Below are positions 17,087 through 25,722 of a stretch of DNA of 54,895 nt, in pieces. A program made the translations under genes and the position numbers. This DNA comes from Vicinamibacterales bacterium (GTDB lineage Bacteria; Acidobacteriota; Vicinamibacteria; Vicinamibacterales; SCN-69-37). How positions within the stretch are numbered: the first letter of the stretch is position 1; every line of letters begins with the position of its first letter. The DNA lies in the NCBI GenBank assembly GCA_035547155.1, contig DASZVJ010000105.1:1-54895 (forward strand). The letters run 5' to 3'. A model generated the notes under the pieces. The model made no database searches. It was not told the origin of the DNA and saw only the letters and a program-made list of their open reading frames with translations.

Positions 17087-18079
17087 CTAGATCCCCGCGC
17101 CCAGCCAATCCGCGACGATCTTCGGGCTCGCGTTGCGGCCGAGCGCGTGTTCGGCGCGGTCGACGAGGTCGAAGGCGTCGACAAGACGATTCGCCTGGAA
17201 GCTGCCGAGCAGCGATCGCAGATCGGCGTCGAGGTCCGTGTTGGCCAGCGCGACGTCGCTCGACGCCGACAACGCGCTCAAGTCGCGGAGCAACGAGGAC
17301 AGGATCGTGAGCCGTGCGGACAGCGCTTCGCGATCGCGGCGCTTCGATCCGTGCTGCGCCAGCGCCGCGCTGGCCTTCAGCCGCTCCGCCATGTTCGTGC
17401 CGCGTGCCGCACGCAACAATCCCAACGCCGCCGCACGATCATCGTCGAAATCACCGGTCTCTTCGCTCAGCGCGCGCGAGACGCTGCCGCCCGACACCGC
17501 GGCCAGCCGCGCCGCCGTTCGGGCGTCGACGCCAGCACGCTCGGCCAGCACGCGCGCGACGTCGTGCTCGGAGAGCAGACCGAACCGCAAACGCCGGCAG
17601 CGCGACTGAATCGTCGGCAGCAGCGTGTCCGGATACGCCGTGATGAGGATCAGCATTGCGGCGGGCGGCGGCTCTTCGAGCGTCTTCAGGAGCGCGTCCT
17701 GCGCTTCGAGCGTCAGCTCGTCGGCCGGCTCGATGATGTAGACGCGCCGCGCACCCTCGAAGGGCCGATAGCCGACGACGTCGAGGATGCGCTCGCGCAG
17801 CGGCTTGATTTTGATCGACGCTTCGGAGCCCTTCTCGAGCCACGTCACGTCGGAGAACTGCCCGCGTGCGATGCGCGAGCAGACGGGACACGTGCCGCAC
17901 GCGTCGCCGTCGGCGCGATTCGGACAATTGACGGCTTGCGCGAGCGCGGTTGCGACCGCGCGTTTCCCGACACCGTCGGGCCCGGCGAACAGCAGGCTCT
18001 GCGGCACGCGATTGCGCCGCGCCGCCTGCCGAAGCAGGTCGACGACGGCAGCGTGGCCGATGATGTTGCGAAACGGCAT
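17087..18079 (-). CDS. holB: DNA polymerase III delta-prime subunit
   Basis: LLFAGPDGVGKR, CGTCPVCSRI (Zn module), YIIEPADELT, LLKTLEEPP and TIQSRCRRLRF. Confidence 0.9.
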   Translation of the reverse strand: MPFRNIIGHAAVVDLLRQAARRNRVPQSLLFAGPDGVGKRAVATALAQAVNCPNRADGDACGTCPVCSRIARGQFSDVTWLEKGSEASIKIKPLRERILDVVGYRPFEGARRVYIIEPADELTLEAQDALLKTLEEPPPAAMLILITAYPDTLLPTIQSRCRRLRFGLLSEHDVARVLAERAGVDARTAARLAAVSGGSVSRALSEETGDFDDDRAAALGLLRAARGTNMAERLKASAALAQHGSKRRDREALSARLTILSSLLRDLSALSASSDVALANTDLDADLRSLLGSFQANRLVDAFDLVDRAEHALGRNASPKIVADWLGAGI

Positions 18080-18120
18080 CGAGGCGATCCTATCGCGCAG
18101 GAGCCTTTGGTTGAGGGAAG

Positions 18121-18197
18121 TGGCGGGGCCGACGGGACTCGAACCCGCGACCTCTGGCGTGACAGGCCAGCGTTCTAACCAGCTGAACTACGACCCC
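18121..18197 (-). tRNA. tRNA-Asp: tRNA-Asp (anticodon GTC), CCA encoded
   Basis: Reverse complement: GGGGTCGTAGTTCAGCTGGTTAGAACGCTGGCCTGTCACGCCAGAGGTCGCGGGTTCGAGTCCCGTCGGCCCCGCCA. The cloverleaf folds by hand, with the acceptor GGGGTCG pairing to CGGCCCC, and the sequence is close to E. coli tRNA-Asp. Confidence 0.95.
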
Positions 18198-18202
18198 GCT
18201 CG

Positions 18203-18305
18203 GAGAACTTCGAAGGATGACGTTCGAAGTTCGAAATGCTGCTCATCGAACCCGTGTCGCCGAAAGATCTTTTCGAACCTCGAAATTCGCACTTCGAACT
18301 TCTGA
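18203..18305. repeat. TTCGAA-rich heptamer-type repeats filling the tRNA-Val/tRNA-Asp spacer
   Basis: gagaacttcgaaggatgacgttcgaagttcgaaatgc ... ttttcgaacctcgaaattcgcacttcgaacttc. Confidence 0.85.
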
Positions 18306-18308
18306 AAA

Positions 18309-18380
18309 TGGGCGGTGCAGGGCTCGAACCTGCGACAGCCGGCGTGTAAGGCCGATGCTCTACCACTGAGCTAACCGCCC
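18309..18380 (-). tRNA. tRNA-Val: tRNA-Val (anticodon TAC), CCA not encoded
   Basis: Reverse complement: GGGCGGTTAGCTCAGTGGTAGAGCATCGGCCTTACACGCCGGCTGTCGCAGGTTCGAGCCCTGCACCGCCCA. All four arms pair by hand. Confidence 0.95.
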
Positions 18381-18438
18381 CCACCGGCAACACGCGATTA
18401 TGGCATCGCCGCTGCCGTGATCGCAACCATGACTACGC

Positions 18439-18459
18439 GGGCTTCGGGCCACGGGCTAC
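18439..18459. repeat. Heptamer array (GGGCTWC family), 3 units
   Basis: gggcttc gggccac gggctac. Confidence 0.75.
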
Positions 18460-18503
18460 AGCGACGGAAAGGTCTCGTCGCGCGTCGCCTGTTGCGGAAG
18501 CCT

Positions 18504-18533
18504 GCGCACCGCGGACGGCCGTCCGCGGTGCGC
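18504..18533 (-). terminator. Perfect 30-nt palindrome immediately after the emrB-like stop codon
   Basis: gcgcaccgcggacgg|ccgtccgcggtgcgc. No U-tract. It contains the CGCGGAC heptamer that is also arrayed at 27730-27743. Confidence 0.5.
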
Positions 18534-20144
18534 CTAATGCGCATCCGCCGCGATCGCCGCCGCGGCGCGTGAGCCCGGCTTCCGCAGCAGGAACACCGCG
18601 GGGATGACGCAGACGAAGCTCGCGAGCAGCAGCAGCCACGCGTCGTTGTAGGCGAGCATCGAGGCCTGACGCATCATCGTGCCGTCGAGGATCGCCAGCG
18701 CGCGCTGCTGCGCGTCCGCGAGCGACGCGCCCTGCGTCGTCAGCATCGCGACGAGCGGATCGAAGCGCGCCTGGAACGCGGCGCTGCCCGGATACAGGTG
18801 CTGCACGAGATCGGCGCGGTGATACGCGATGTGCCGCGTCAGATAGGCGCCGAGCACGGCGATGCCGAAGCTGCCGCCGAGCTGCCGCGCGAGGTTGATG
18901 AGCCCGGACGCCTGCTGCGCCTCCTGCGGCTTCAAGCTGCCGAACGCGACGTTGTTGATCGGCGTGAAGAGCAGGCCGAGCGCCGCGCCGCGAATGATGA
19001 GCGCGTAGCGCGCGTCCGCTTCGCCCGCGACGGTCGACAGGTGTCCCAGCGTCCACATCGCGAGCAGCATCAGCGCCATGCCGCCGAGCACCAGGAAGCG
19101 CGGGTCGGCCATCGGCCGCTCACCGTTCAGCAGCCGTCCGCAAACAACGGCGAGGATTGCCGTCGCGACGCCGCCGGGCATCATCGCCAGGCCCGTCTCT
19201 GTCGGCGAGAAGCCGAGGATCGTCTGCGTGAACAGCGGGAAGATGATGACGCCGCCGTACAACCCGAAGCCGAGCACGACGAACAGCAGGATCGACGCCA
19301 GCAGGTCGCGGTTCTTCAGCACACGGAACTGGATCACCGGGTGCGAGTTGCGCGACGAAAGCTGCCACCAGATGAGCACCGACAAGGCGGCGCCCGAGAT
19401 GATCGATAGATACAGGATGCGCTTGCTCGAGTACCAGTCGAGGATGTTGCCCTCCTCGAGCACGTACTGCAGCGATCCGACGCCGACGATGAGCAGCGTG
19501 ATGCCGAGCCAGTCGATCGGACCCGTGCGGCGCTGCTGGCCCACGGGATCGTGCAGGAACGTCACGACGAGAAATGCCGACACGAGGCCGATCGGCAGGT
19601 TGATGAAGAAGCACCAGTGCCAGCTCGCGTTGTCGGTGATCCAGCCGCCGAGCGTCGGACCAAGCGTCGGCGCGACGATGACGCCGAGCAGGAAGATCGC
19701 CTGCACCAGGCCTTGCTCGCTGCGTGGGAACACCTGACGCAGCGTCGCCTGCGCCGTCGAGAGCAGCGCCGCGCCGCCCGCGCCCTGAATCAGACGCCAC
19801 ACGACGAGCATGCCGAGGCTCGTCGCCGTGCCGCAAAGCATCGACGACACGACGAACAGCAGGATCGAGAACGTCAGATACCGCTTGCGGCCGAACGTCT
19901 CCGTGAAGAACGCCGTCATCGGCAGCACGACGACGTTCGCGAGGATGTAGGACGTGCTGACCCACGCGACTTCTTCGCGCGTCGCGCTGAGATTGCCGGC
20001 CATCTGCGGCAGCGCGACGTTGATGATCGTGGTGTCGAGCACTTCCATGATCGAGGCCGTGATCAATCCGAGCAGGATGAACCAGCGCGTGCGATCGGTC
20101 GCCTCGCCGGCAGAGGCGGAAATGGTGACGGTGGAAGAGGCCAT
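18534..20144 (-). CDS. MFS drug efflux transporter, DHA2 (EmrB/QacA, 14-TMS) family
   Basis: ILLGLITASIMEVLDTTIINVALPQMAGNL, ETFGRKR and RLIQGAGGAALL. 536 aa, about 14 hydrophobic spans. Confidence 0.9.
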   Translation of the reverse strand: MASSTVTISASAGEATDRTRWFILLGLITASIMEVLDTTIINVALPQMAGNLSATREEVAWVSTSYILANVVVLPMTAFFTETFGRKRYLTFSILLFVVSSMLCGTATSLGMLVVWRLIQGAGGAALLSTAQATLRQVFPRSEQGLVQAIFLLGVIVAPTLGPTLGGWITDNASWHWCFFINLPIGLVSAFLVVTFLHDPVGQQRRTGPIDWLGITLLIVGVGSLQYVLEEGNILDWYSSKRILYLSIISGAALSVLIWWQLSSRNSHPVIQFRVLKNRDLLASILLFVVLGFGLYGGVIIFPLFTQTILGFSPTETGLAMMPGGVATAILAVVCGRLLNGERPMADPRFLVLGGMALMLLAMWTLGHLSTVAGEADARYALIIRGAALGLLFTPINNVAFGSLKPQEAQQASGLINLARQLGGSFGIAVLGAYLTRHIAYHRADLVQHLYPGSAAFQARFDPLVAMLTTQGASLADAQQRALAILDGTMMRQASMLAYNDAWLLLLASFVCVIPAVFLLRKPGSRAAAAIAADAH

Positions 20145-20150
20145 TCGCTT

Positions 20151-20247
20151 GAGGTTCTGAGTTCCGAGGTTCCAGGTTCTGAGGTTCGGGTTCCGAAGTT
20201 CTCCGGTTCCGAAGTTCTAAGTTCGAAGTTCCAAGTTCGAAGTTCTC
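20151..20247. repeat. Array of 13 units of 7-8 nt (GTTCNNR / GAAGTTC family)
   Basis: GTTC recurs with spacings of 7,8,7,8,6,8,8,8,7,7,7,7 nt. The array fills the pdxA-emrB gap and encodes the last ~10 codons of the pdxA ORF. Confidence 0.9.
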
Positions 20248-21125
20248 GCCAAACGCGCGGCGAGGACGATCGCTTCGACGAGACTGCCTTCATCGGCGAC
20301 GCCGCGGCGGGCGATGTCGAACGCGGTGCCGTGGTCGACGGACGTGCGGACGATCGGCAGACCGATCGTCACGTTGACGGACTTGCCGAACGCCGCGAGC
20401 TTCACCGGCACCAGGCCCTGATCGTGATACATCGCGATCACGACGTCGAAATCTCCGCGCGCGGCGCGCACGAAGAGTGTGTCGGCCGGATACGGACCTG
20501 ACACGTCGAGACCACGCTCGCGCGTCTGCTTCACGGCCGGCGCGATGACCGCATCGTCTTCGGGACCGAGCAGTCCCGCCTCGCCCGCGTGCGGGTTCAA
20601 CCCCGCGACGGCAATCCGTGGCTGTGCGATGCCGAACGACGGCAGTGACGCCGCCGTCAACGCGATCGTGCGAACGAGACCGTCCGTCGTGATCGCGCGC
20701 GGTACCTCCGACAACGGGATGTGCACGGTCGCGAGCACGACGCGAAGCACGTCGGACCAGAACAGCATGGCGACATCATTCGCAGCACGTCCGCACAGAT
20801 GTGCGAGCAGGTCCGTATGGCCGCGCCACGGCAGGCCGGCCGCCGCGAACGCCGACTTGCTCACCGGCGCCGTCGCGATCGCGTCCACGCGTCCCGCCCT
20901 CGCGTCCGCCACCGCACGAACGATCAGGTCGTACGCCGCCTGGCCGGACGCGGCGTTGACCGTACCAATCGGAAACGCCGCGAGGGCCGACGGATCCGTC
21001 GGCCCGTAGATGACCGGCTCGCACACCTCGACGACACGCGCGTGAGACGCGGCCTTGAGCGCGATCTCCGGTCCGATGCCGGAGGGGTCGCCGACGGTGA
21101 TCGCGACGCGAGGTCTGGCGGACAT
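20217..21125 (-). CDS. pdxA: 4-hydroxythreonine-4-phosphate dehydrogenase
   Basis: VAITVGDPSGIGPEI, GHTDLLAHL and MYHDQGLVPVKL..VNVTIGLPIVRTSVDHGTAFDIA. The start lies 3 nt after the emrA-like stop. The C-terminal tail (ARTSNLELRT) is read from the repeat array. Confidence 0.9.
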   Translation of the reverse strand: MSARPRVAITVGDPSGIGPEIALKAASHARVVEVCEPVIYGPTDPSALAAFPIGTVNAASGQAAYDLIVRAVADARAGRVDAIATAPVSKSAFAAAGLPWRGHTDLLAHLCGRAANDVAMLFWSDVLRVVLATVHIPLSEVPRAITTDGLVRTIALTAASLPSFGIAQPRIAVAGLNPHAGEAGLLGPEDDAVIAPAVKQTRERGLDVSGPYPADTLFVRAARGDFDVVIAMYHDQGLVPVKLAAFGKSVNVTIGLPIVRTSVDHGTAFDIARRGVADEGSLVEAIVLAARLARTSNLELRT

Positions 21126-21128
21126 TTC

Positions 21129-22340
21129 CTACTTCAGATACACCGTCGCATCCACCGACATGCCTGGCCGCAGCGGCGCGTTCGCGTCGTGCGTGCCGTC
21201 GAGCAGAATCTTCACCGGGATGCGCTGCACGACTTTCACGAAGTTGCCGGTGGCGTTGTCGGGCGGCAGCAGGCTGAACGTCGCGCCCGTCGCCGCCGCA
21301 ATGCTGTCGACGTGGCCGCTGAACGAGCGGCCGCCATAGCCGTCGACTTCGATCTCCGCGTGCTGGCCCACGCGCATGCGCGCGAGCTGCGTCTCCTTGA
21401 AGTTCGCCACGATCCACACGTCACTGAGCGACGTGATCGCCATCAGCGGCTGTCCCGCTTGAATGACCTGTCCCAGCTCGACCGATCGCCGGCTGACGAC
21501 GCCGTCGGTCGGCGCGACGATCGTCGTGCGCTCGAGATTGACGCGCGCCTGATCGAGCGCGGCCTGCGCCTGCTGCACCTGCGCGTCGGCACCGGCCGCA
21601 CGCGCCTGCGTCAACGCGATCTGTTGCGGCGCGGTGGACGCGGCCTGCGCCTGCGCGCGCGCCTGCGTCAGCGCACCGGCCGCTTGCGACCGATGCGCCT
21701 CGGCGACGTCGAGATTCGCTTCCGCCTCGTGCACGGCCGCCGCCGCGGAATCGACCGCCGCCTGCGCCGCCTGCGCGGCCGTCGTCGCCGCGTCGAACTG
21801 CTGTTTGGAGATTTCCTCTTTCGCCGCGAGCGGACGCAGGCGCTCGAGATCCTGCGTTGTGCGCGTTGCGTTGGCCGTCACCTCAGCGAGCCGCGCCTTG
21901 GCGGACGTCACCTTGGCGCGCGAGGCGTCGACCTCACGCTCGGCCGCGTGGACGGCGGTCTCCGCGTTGTCGGCGCCGGCGTTGGCCGAATGCTGTTCGC
22001 TGCGCGCGGTCTCCGAGGTGACCGGCACGCCGGCGTGCGCGGCACGGCTGGCCGCTTCCGCGGCGGCGAAATCCGCCTCGGCGCGCGCGACCGCGATCTC
22101 GTAGTCGCGCTTGTCGATCTCGACGAGCACGTCGCCGGCCTTCACGGTCTGGTTGTCCATCACGCGGATCGCCTTGACGGTGCCGCCGACGCGTGCCGCA
22201 ATCGGGCTTACGTGGCCCGCGACCTGGGCGTCGTCGGTCGACTCCCGCGGGACGAGGACACGCCAGAGCCAGAAGCCGCCCGCGCCGAGCACCACCACGG
22301 CTGCGGCGATGATCCAGGTGCGCTTCACTTCGATCGCCAT
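21129..22340 (-). CDS. HlyD/EmrA-family membrane fusion (periplasmic adaptor) protein
   Basis: N-terminal TM span, TDDAQVAGHVSPIAARVGGTV..V.DNQTVKAGDVLVEID (lipoyl-like motif), a long Ala-rich coiled coil and a C-terminal beta-barrel. Confidence 0.9.
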   Translation of the reverse strand: MAIEVKRTWIIAAAVVVLGAGGFWLWRVLVPRESTDDAQVAGHVSPIAARVGGTVKAIRVMDNQTVKAGDVLVEIDKRDYEIAVARAEADFAAAEAASRAAHAGVPVTSETARSEQHSANAGADNAETAVHAAEREVDASRAKVTSAKARLAEVTANATRTTQDLERLRPLAAKEEISKQQFDAATTAAQAAQAAVDSAAAAVHEAEANLDVAEAHRSQAAGALTQARAQAQAASTAPQQIALTQARAAGADAQVQQAQAALDQARVNLERTTIVAPTDGVVSRRSVELGQVIQAGQPLMAITSLSDVWIVANFKETQLARMRVGQHAEIEVDGYGGRSFSGHVDSIAAATGATFSLLPPDNATGNFVKVVQRIPVKILLDGTHDANAPLRPGMSVDATVYLK

Positions 22341-23720
22341 TTACTGCTGTCCTCCCACCAGTGCCAGGAACCGTTCTTCGACGCTGCCCATCGCGCGGGC
22401 CAGGCCGGCCTTCGCGATCGTGTGTGCGTAGACGCTTGCGATGTACTGCTCGCTCGCGCGTGCGACGGCTTCCTGCGCCTGCACGAGCTCGACCGTGTCG
22501 CCGACGCCTGCGCTGAAGCGGTCCTGCGCCTGCGTCAGCTCACTCTGCGCGAGCGTCTGCGCGCTCTGGGCGACCGTCACGGCCGAGGCAGCCGATTGCA
22601 GCGTCAACAGCGCAGACTCGACGTCGTAGCGCAGGCCGTTCTCGAGATCGGCCAGCTCGGCTTCACGCTGGCGGAGATCGGCGTCGGCGCGCTGCACGTC
22701 GGCGCGCGTCTTGCCGCCGTTGAAAATCGGCACGTGCACCGCCGCGGCCACCGTGTACGTCGTGTCGGATGAGCTGGCCTCGTTGCCGATCGCGCCGACG
22801 TCCGCGTCGACGTGCAGCGACGGCAGCGAGCCGGCGGACGCGGATCGGCGCGACGCTTTCGCGGCCTCGACGCGCGCGCGTGCGCTGGCGAGATCGGGAC
22901 GATGGGTCGCGGCTTCCTGCATCGCTTGATCGAGCGTCGGGGCCGTGCCCGCGACGAACGTGGTCGTCGTCGAGAGCTCGAACTTCTGATCGGCCGGCAG
23001 GCCGATCGCGCGCGCCAGCTGCAGCTTCCGATTCGCCAGCGTCGTCGTCGCCGCGATCTGCTGCGCACGCGCGCTCTCGAGCTGCACCTGCTGGCGGACG
23101 ACGTCGATCTGTGGCGCGAGGCCGGCGGCGTGCCGATCGTTGGCGAGCCGCACGAGCGCTTCTGCGGTCGCGACCTGCGCATTGGCCGAGTCGACGCGCG
23201 CGCGATCGGCGATCGCGAGGAGGTAGAGATTGCCGACGGCGAGCACGACCGTCTCGCGCACGTGCCGCGAGTCGGCATGCGCCGCCGTTTCGAGGGCGGA
23301 CGACGCGTGCAGCTTCTGCCAGGCGGCGACGTCGATGACCGGCGTCGACATTGCGAGCCGCGCGTCGAACACGTTGAACGGCCCGACGAGCGGCGGCAGC
23401 TCGATGTCGCCGAAGCCGGTGAAGCCGAATGCGGCGAGGCTGACGATCTGCCGGCTCTCGCGCACGGTGCCCGACAGGTGCGGCAGCAACTCGGACAACG
23501 CATCGAGCCGCGCGCTGCCGGCCTGACGAACCTGTTGCTCTTCGAGGATCACGCCAAGGTTCTGCTTGAGGCCGCGCGCGATGGCGTCGGCCAGCGAGAG
23601 CTGCAGCGTCGAGTCGGTCGCCGGCCCGGCCGGCACGCCGCCCGACAGCCGCGCGTCCTGTGCCCACGCCAGCGCCGGCATCAGGACGCCGATCGCCAGC
23701 CCGCGAAAGATCCGTCTCAT
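22341..23720 (-). CDS. TolC-family outer membrane efflux protein
   Basis: Signal peptide MRRIFRGLAIGVLMPALAWAQ, LSLADAIARGLKQNL, and duplicated coiled-coil/beta repeats. The gene abuts the adaptor gene with no gap. Confidence 0.9.
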   Translation of the reverse strand: MRRIFRGLAIGVLMPALAWAQDARLSGGVPAGPATDSTLQLSLADAIARGLKQNLGVILEEQQVRQAGSARLDALSELLPHLSGTVRESRQIVSLAAFGFTGFGDIELPPLVGPFNVFDARLAMSTPVIDVAAWQKLHASSALETAAHADSRHVRETVVLAVGNLYLLAIADRARVDSANAQVATAEALVRLANDRHAAGLAPQIDVVRQQVQLESARAQQIAATTTLANRKLQLARAIGLPADQKFELSTTTTFVAGTAPTLDQAMQEAATHRPDLASARARVEAAKASRRSASAGSLPSLHVDADVGAIGNEASSSDTTYTVAAAVHVPIFNGGKTRADVQRADADLRQREAELADLENGLRYDVESALLTLQSAASAVTVAQSAQTLAQSELTQAQDRFSAGVGDTVELVQAQEAVARASEQYIASVYAHTIAKAGLARAMGSVEERFLALVGGQQ

Positions 23721-24328
23721 CGTGTCGCCAATCCCTTCCAGAACAGACGGCTCGCGCGCGCGGCCGCCGCGTCAATCGTGTCGTCCGACCAGCCGGCGAG
23801 GCGCTGCAGCGCGAGCCCGCGCGCGAGGCTCACGATCACGCCCGCCGCGCGGCCCGTGTCCGCGACGGAGACGACGTGCTCACTCACCGCGTCCGCGAGC
23901 ACGGCCTGCCACGCATCGACTTGCGCCTGGTAAATGTGGCCGAGGGCAGTCCGCACTTTCTTGCGGACGTCCGGGCTCATCTCGAGCTGGCAGTGGTCGA
24001 TGAAGTCGCGCTTGCGCTCGAAGAACTCCAGCGTCGCGCGCACGTATCGCTCCAGCCGTGCATCGATCGTGCCGGGGGCCTGAATCGCCGGCAACGTGAC
24101 GTCGCGCAGCTCGTTGAGGTCCGATTCCAGCACCTGCCGCAGGATCTCGTCCTTCGAGCGGTAATAGAGGTAGACCGTGCCTTTCGCGACGTGCGCCGCG
24201 CGGGCGATGTGATCGACCGTCGTGTCGGCCACGCCGCGCCGGACGAACCGGTCGCGGGCCGCGTCCAGGATCTGACTGCGGCGGAACTCGGCGACGACGC
24301 CGGCTTTGGTGCGCTGCGGAGAACTCAT
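23717..24328 (-). CDS. TetR/AcrR-family transcriptional regulator
   Basis: ILDAARDRFVRRGVADTTVDHIARAAHVAKGTVYLYYRSKDEIL is the TetR helix-turn-helix. ATGA overlap with the tolC-like gene. Confidence 0.9.
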   Translation of the reverse strand: MSSPQRTKAGVVAEFRRSQILDAARDRFVRRGVADTTVDHIARAAHVAKGTVYLYYRSKDEILRQVLESDLNELRDVTLPAIQAPGTIDARLERYVRATLEFFERKRDFIDHCQLEMSPDVRKKVRTALGHIYQAQVDAWQAVLADAVSEHVVSVADTGRAAGVIVSLARGLALQRLAGWSDDTIDAAAARASRLFWKGLATR

Positions 24329-24340
24329 GTGTGTAGTCGA

Positions 24341-24356
24341 CTGACCACGCGGTCAG
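24341..24356. promoter_or_regulatory. Candidate TetR operator (perfect 6-4-6 palindrome)
   Basis: ctgacc-acgc-ggtcag, 13-28 nt upstream of the tetR start codon. Confidence 0.4.
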
Positions 24357-24457
24357 TGCAGAAGACCCAGTGTAGCAGATGCGGAGGGGGAGAACGTTAA
24401 CGGCGCACGGTGGGCAATCGCCCTAGGGCGGGCGACGTGATCGATGGCGGTCGGGCC

Positions 24458-24482
24458 GGGCCGCCACAAGGGCGGCCCCTAC
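24458..24482. repeat. REP-like element, exact reverse complement of 12990-13014
   Basis: gggccgccacaagggcggcccctac. A degenerate partner, cctagggcgggcgac, lies at 24422-24436. Confidence 0.85.
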
Positions 24483-24499
24483 AACGACTTCGGGCCGCG

Positions 24500-24537
24500 G
24501 TCTTCGTCCCTTCGTCCCCTGGTCCCTTGGTCCCCGC
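24500..24537. repeat. Octamer array (GTCCCTTS family), 5 units, abutting the gmd stop codon
   Basis: gtcttc gtcccttc gtcccctg gtcccttg gtccccgc. Confidence 0.85.
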
Positions 24538-24538
24538 T

Positions 24539-25507
24539 CTACCGTCGCCCCAGCCGCGCGACGTCCGCGTCGACCATCATGCGCACGAGGCCGGGGAAGT
24601 CGACGCTCGGCGTCCACTGAAAGCGCGCTTTGGCTTTGCTGGCGTCGCCGATGAGGTGATCGACTTCGGCGGGGCGGAGGAACGCGGGATCCTGCTTGAC
24701 GTGCGCGTGCCAGTCGAGACCGGCGTGCGCGAACGCGACTTCGACGAGCTCCTGCACCGAGTGGCTCTCGCCGGTCGCGATGACGTAGTCGTCGGCCTCG
24801 TCCTGCTGCAGCATCATCCACATCGCGCGCACGTAGTCGCCGGCAAAGCCCCAGTCGCGATGCGCGTCGAGGTTGCCGAGGCGCAGCTCCTTCGCCAGGC
24901 CGAGCTTGATGCGCGCGACGCCGTCGGTGACCTTGCGCGTGACGAACTCGAGGCCACGCCGCGGCGATTCGTGGTTGAAGAGAATGCCCGATACCGCGAA
25001 CAGCCCGTAGCTCTCGCGGTAGTTCACGGTGATGTAGTGCGCGAACACCTTCGACACCCCGTACGGGCTCCGCGGGTAGAACGGCGTCGTCTCGCGTTGC
25101 GGCACTTCGCGGACCTTGCCGTACATCTCCGACGAGGAGGCCTGATACAGCCTGATTTTGGGATCGACGACGCGAATGGCCTCGAGGACGCGGGTGACGC
25201 CCTGCGAGTTGAACTCGCCGGTGAGCATCGGCTGATCCCAGGACGCCGGGACGAACGACATCGCCGCGAGGTTGTACACCTCCGCCGGCTGCACGCGCTC
25301 GAGGACGCGGATGAGCGACAGCTGATCGAGCAGGTCGCCGGGGATCAGCGTCAAGCGATCGAGCAGGTGCTCGATCCGCCAGTAGTTGGCCGCCGACAGC
25401 CGCCGCGCGAGCCCGTAGACCTCGTACCCCTTCTCCAGCAGCAGCTCAGCGAGGTACGACCCGTCCTGCCCCGTGATACCCGTAATCAGCGCGCGCTTCG
25501 ACGACAT
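24539..25507 (-). CDS. gmd: GDP-mannose 4,6-dehydratase
   Basis: [68 protein letters not shown] and [10 protein letters not shown]. Start at ATG 25507 ([10 protein letters not shown]). Confidence 0.95.
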   Translation of the reverse strand: MSSKRALITGITGQDGSYLAELLLEKGYEVYGLARRLSAANYWRIEHLLDRLTLIPGDLLDQLSLIRVLERVQPAEVYNLAAMSFVPASWDQPMLTGEFNSQGVTRVLEAIRVVDPKIRLYQASSSEMYGKVREVPQRETTPFYPRSPYGVSKVFAHYITVNYRESYGLFAVSGILFNHESPRRGLEFVTRKVTDGVARIKLGLAKELRLGNLDAHRDWGFAGDYVRAMWMMLQQDEADDYVIATGESHSVQELVEVAFAHAGLDWHAHVKQDPAFLRPAEVDHLIGDASKAKARFQWTPSVDFPGLVRMMVDADVARLGRR

Positions 25508-25512
25508 GGGCG

Positions 25513-25708
25513 AATACGATAGCAGATGGGAAGGGATGAGCCGGCGTATCGCGCTATCTCTCTTTCTCCCTATCGCACGATCTGACATCGGGCTCGCTCG
25601 TTATCTGCTCTGCGCGTGACCGCCGACGGCCAACGTCTGGTCGGCAGATAGCCAGATAGCCCGATGATCCAGATAGTGCGATAGCGCGATAGGGAGATAG
25701 GGAGATAC
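25513..25708. repeat. Octamer arrays of the GATAG/CTATC family in inverted arms across the gmd/GT2 divergent control region
   Basis: GATAG-type units at 25513-25540; ctatc-type units at 25546-25578 (gtatcgcg ctatctct ctttctcc ctatcgca). At 25645-25708: cagatagc cagatagc ccgatgatc cagatagt gcgatagc gcgataggg agataggg agatac. GATA start spacings are 8,8,9,8,8,8,8. Confidence 0.9.
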
Positions 25709-25722
25709 GAACGCCAGCTACA

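Noticed and set aside
18121-18380. Genomic island or prophage integration at the tRNA-Val/tRNA-Asp pair.
   Set aside because: There is no integrase, no direct repeat of a tRNA 3' end and no phage-like gene nearby. The flanking genes (holB and the efflux operon) are ordinary chromosomal genes.
20151-20247. Possible CRISPR arrays, suggested by the many regularly spaced repeats.
   Set aside because: The units are 7-8 nt, directly abutting with no spacers. The arrays are under 200 nt, and no cas genes are present.
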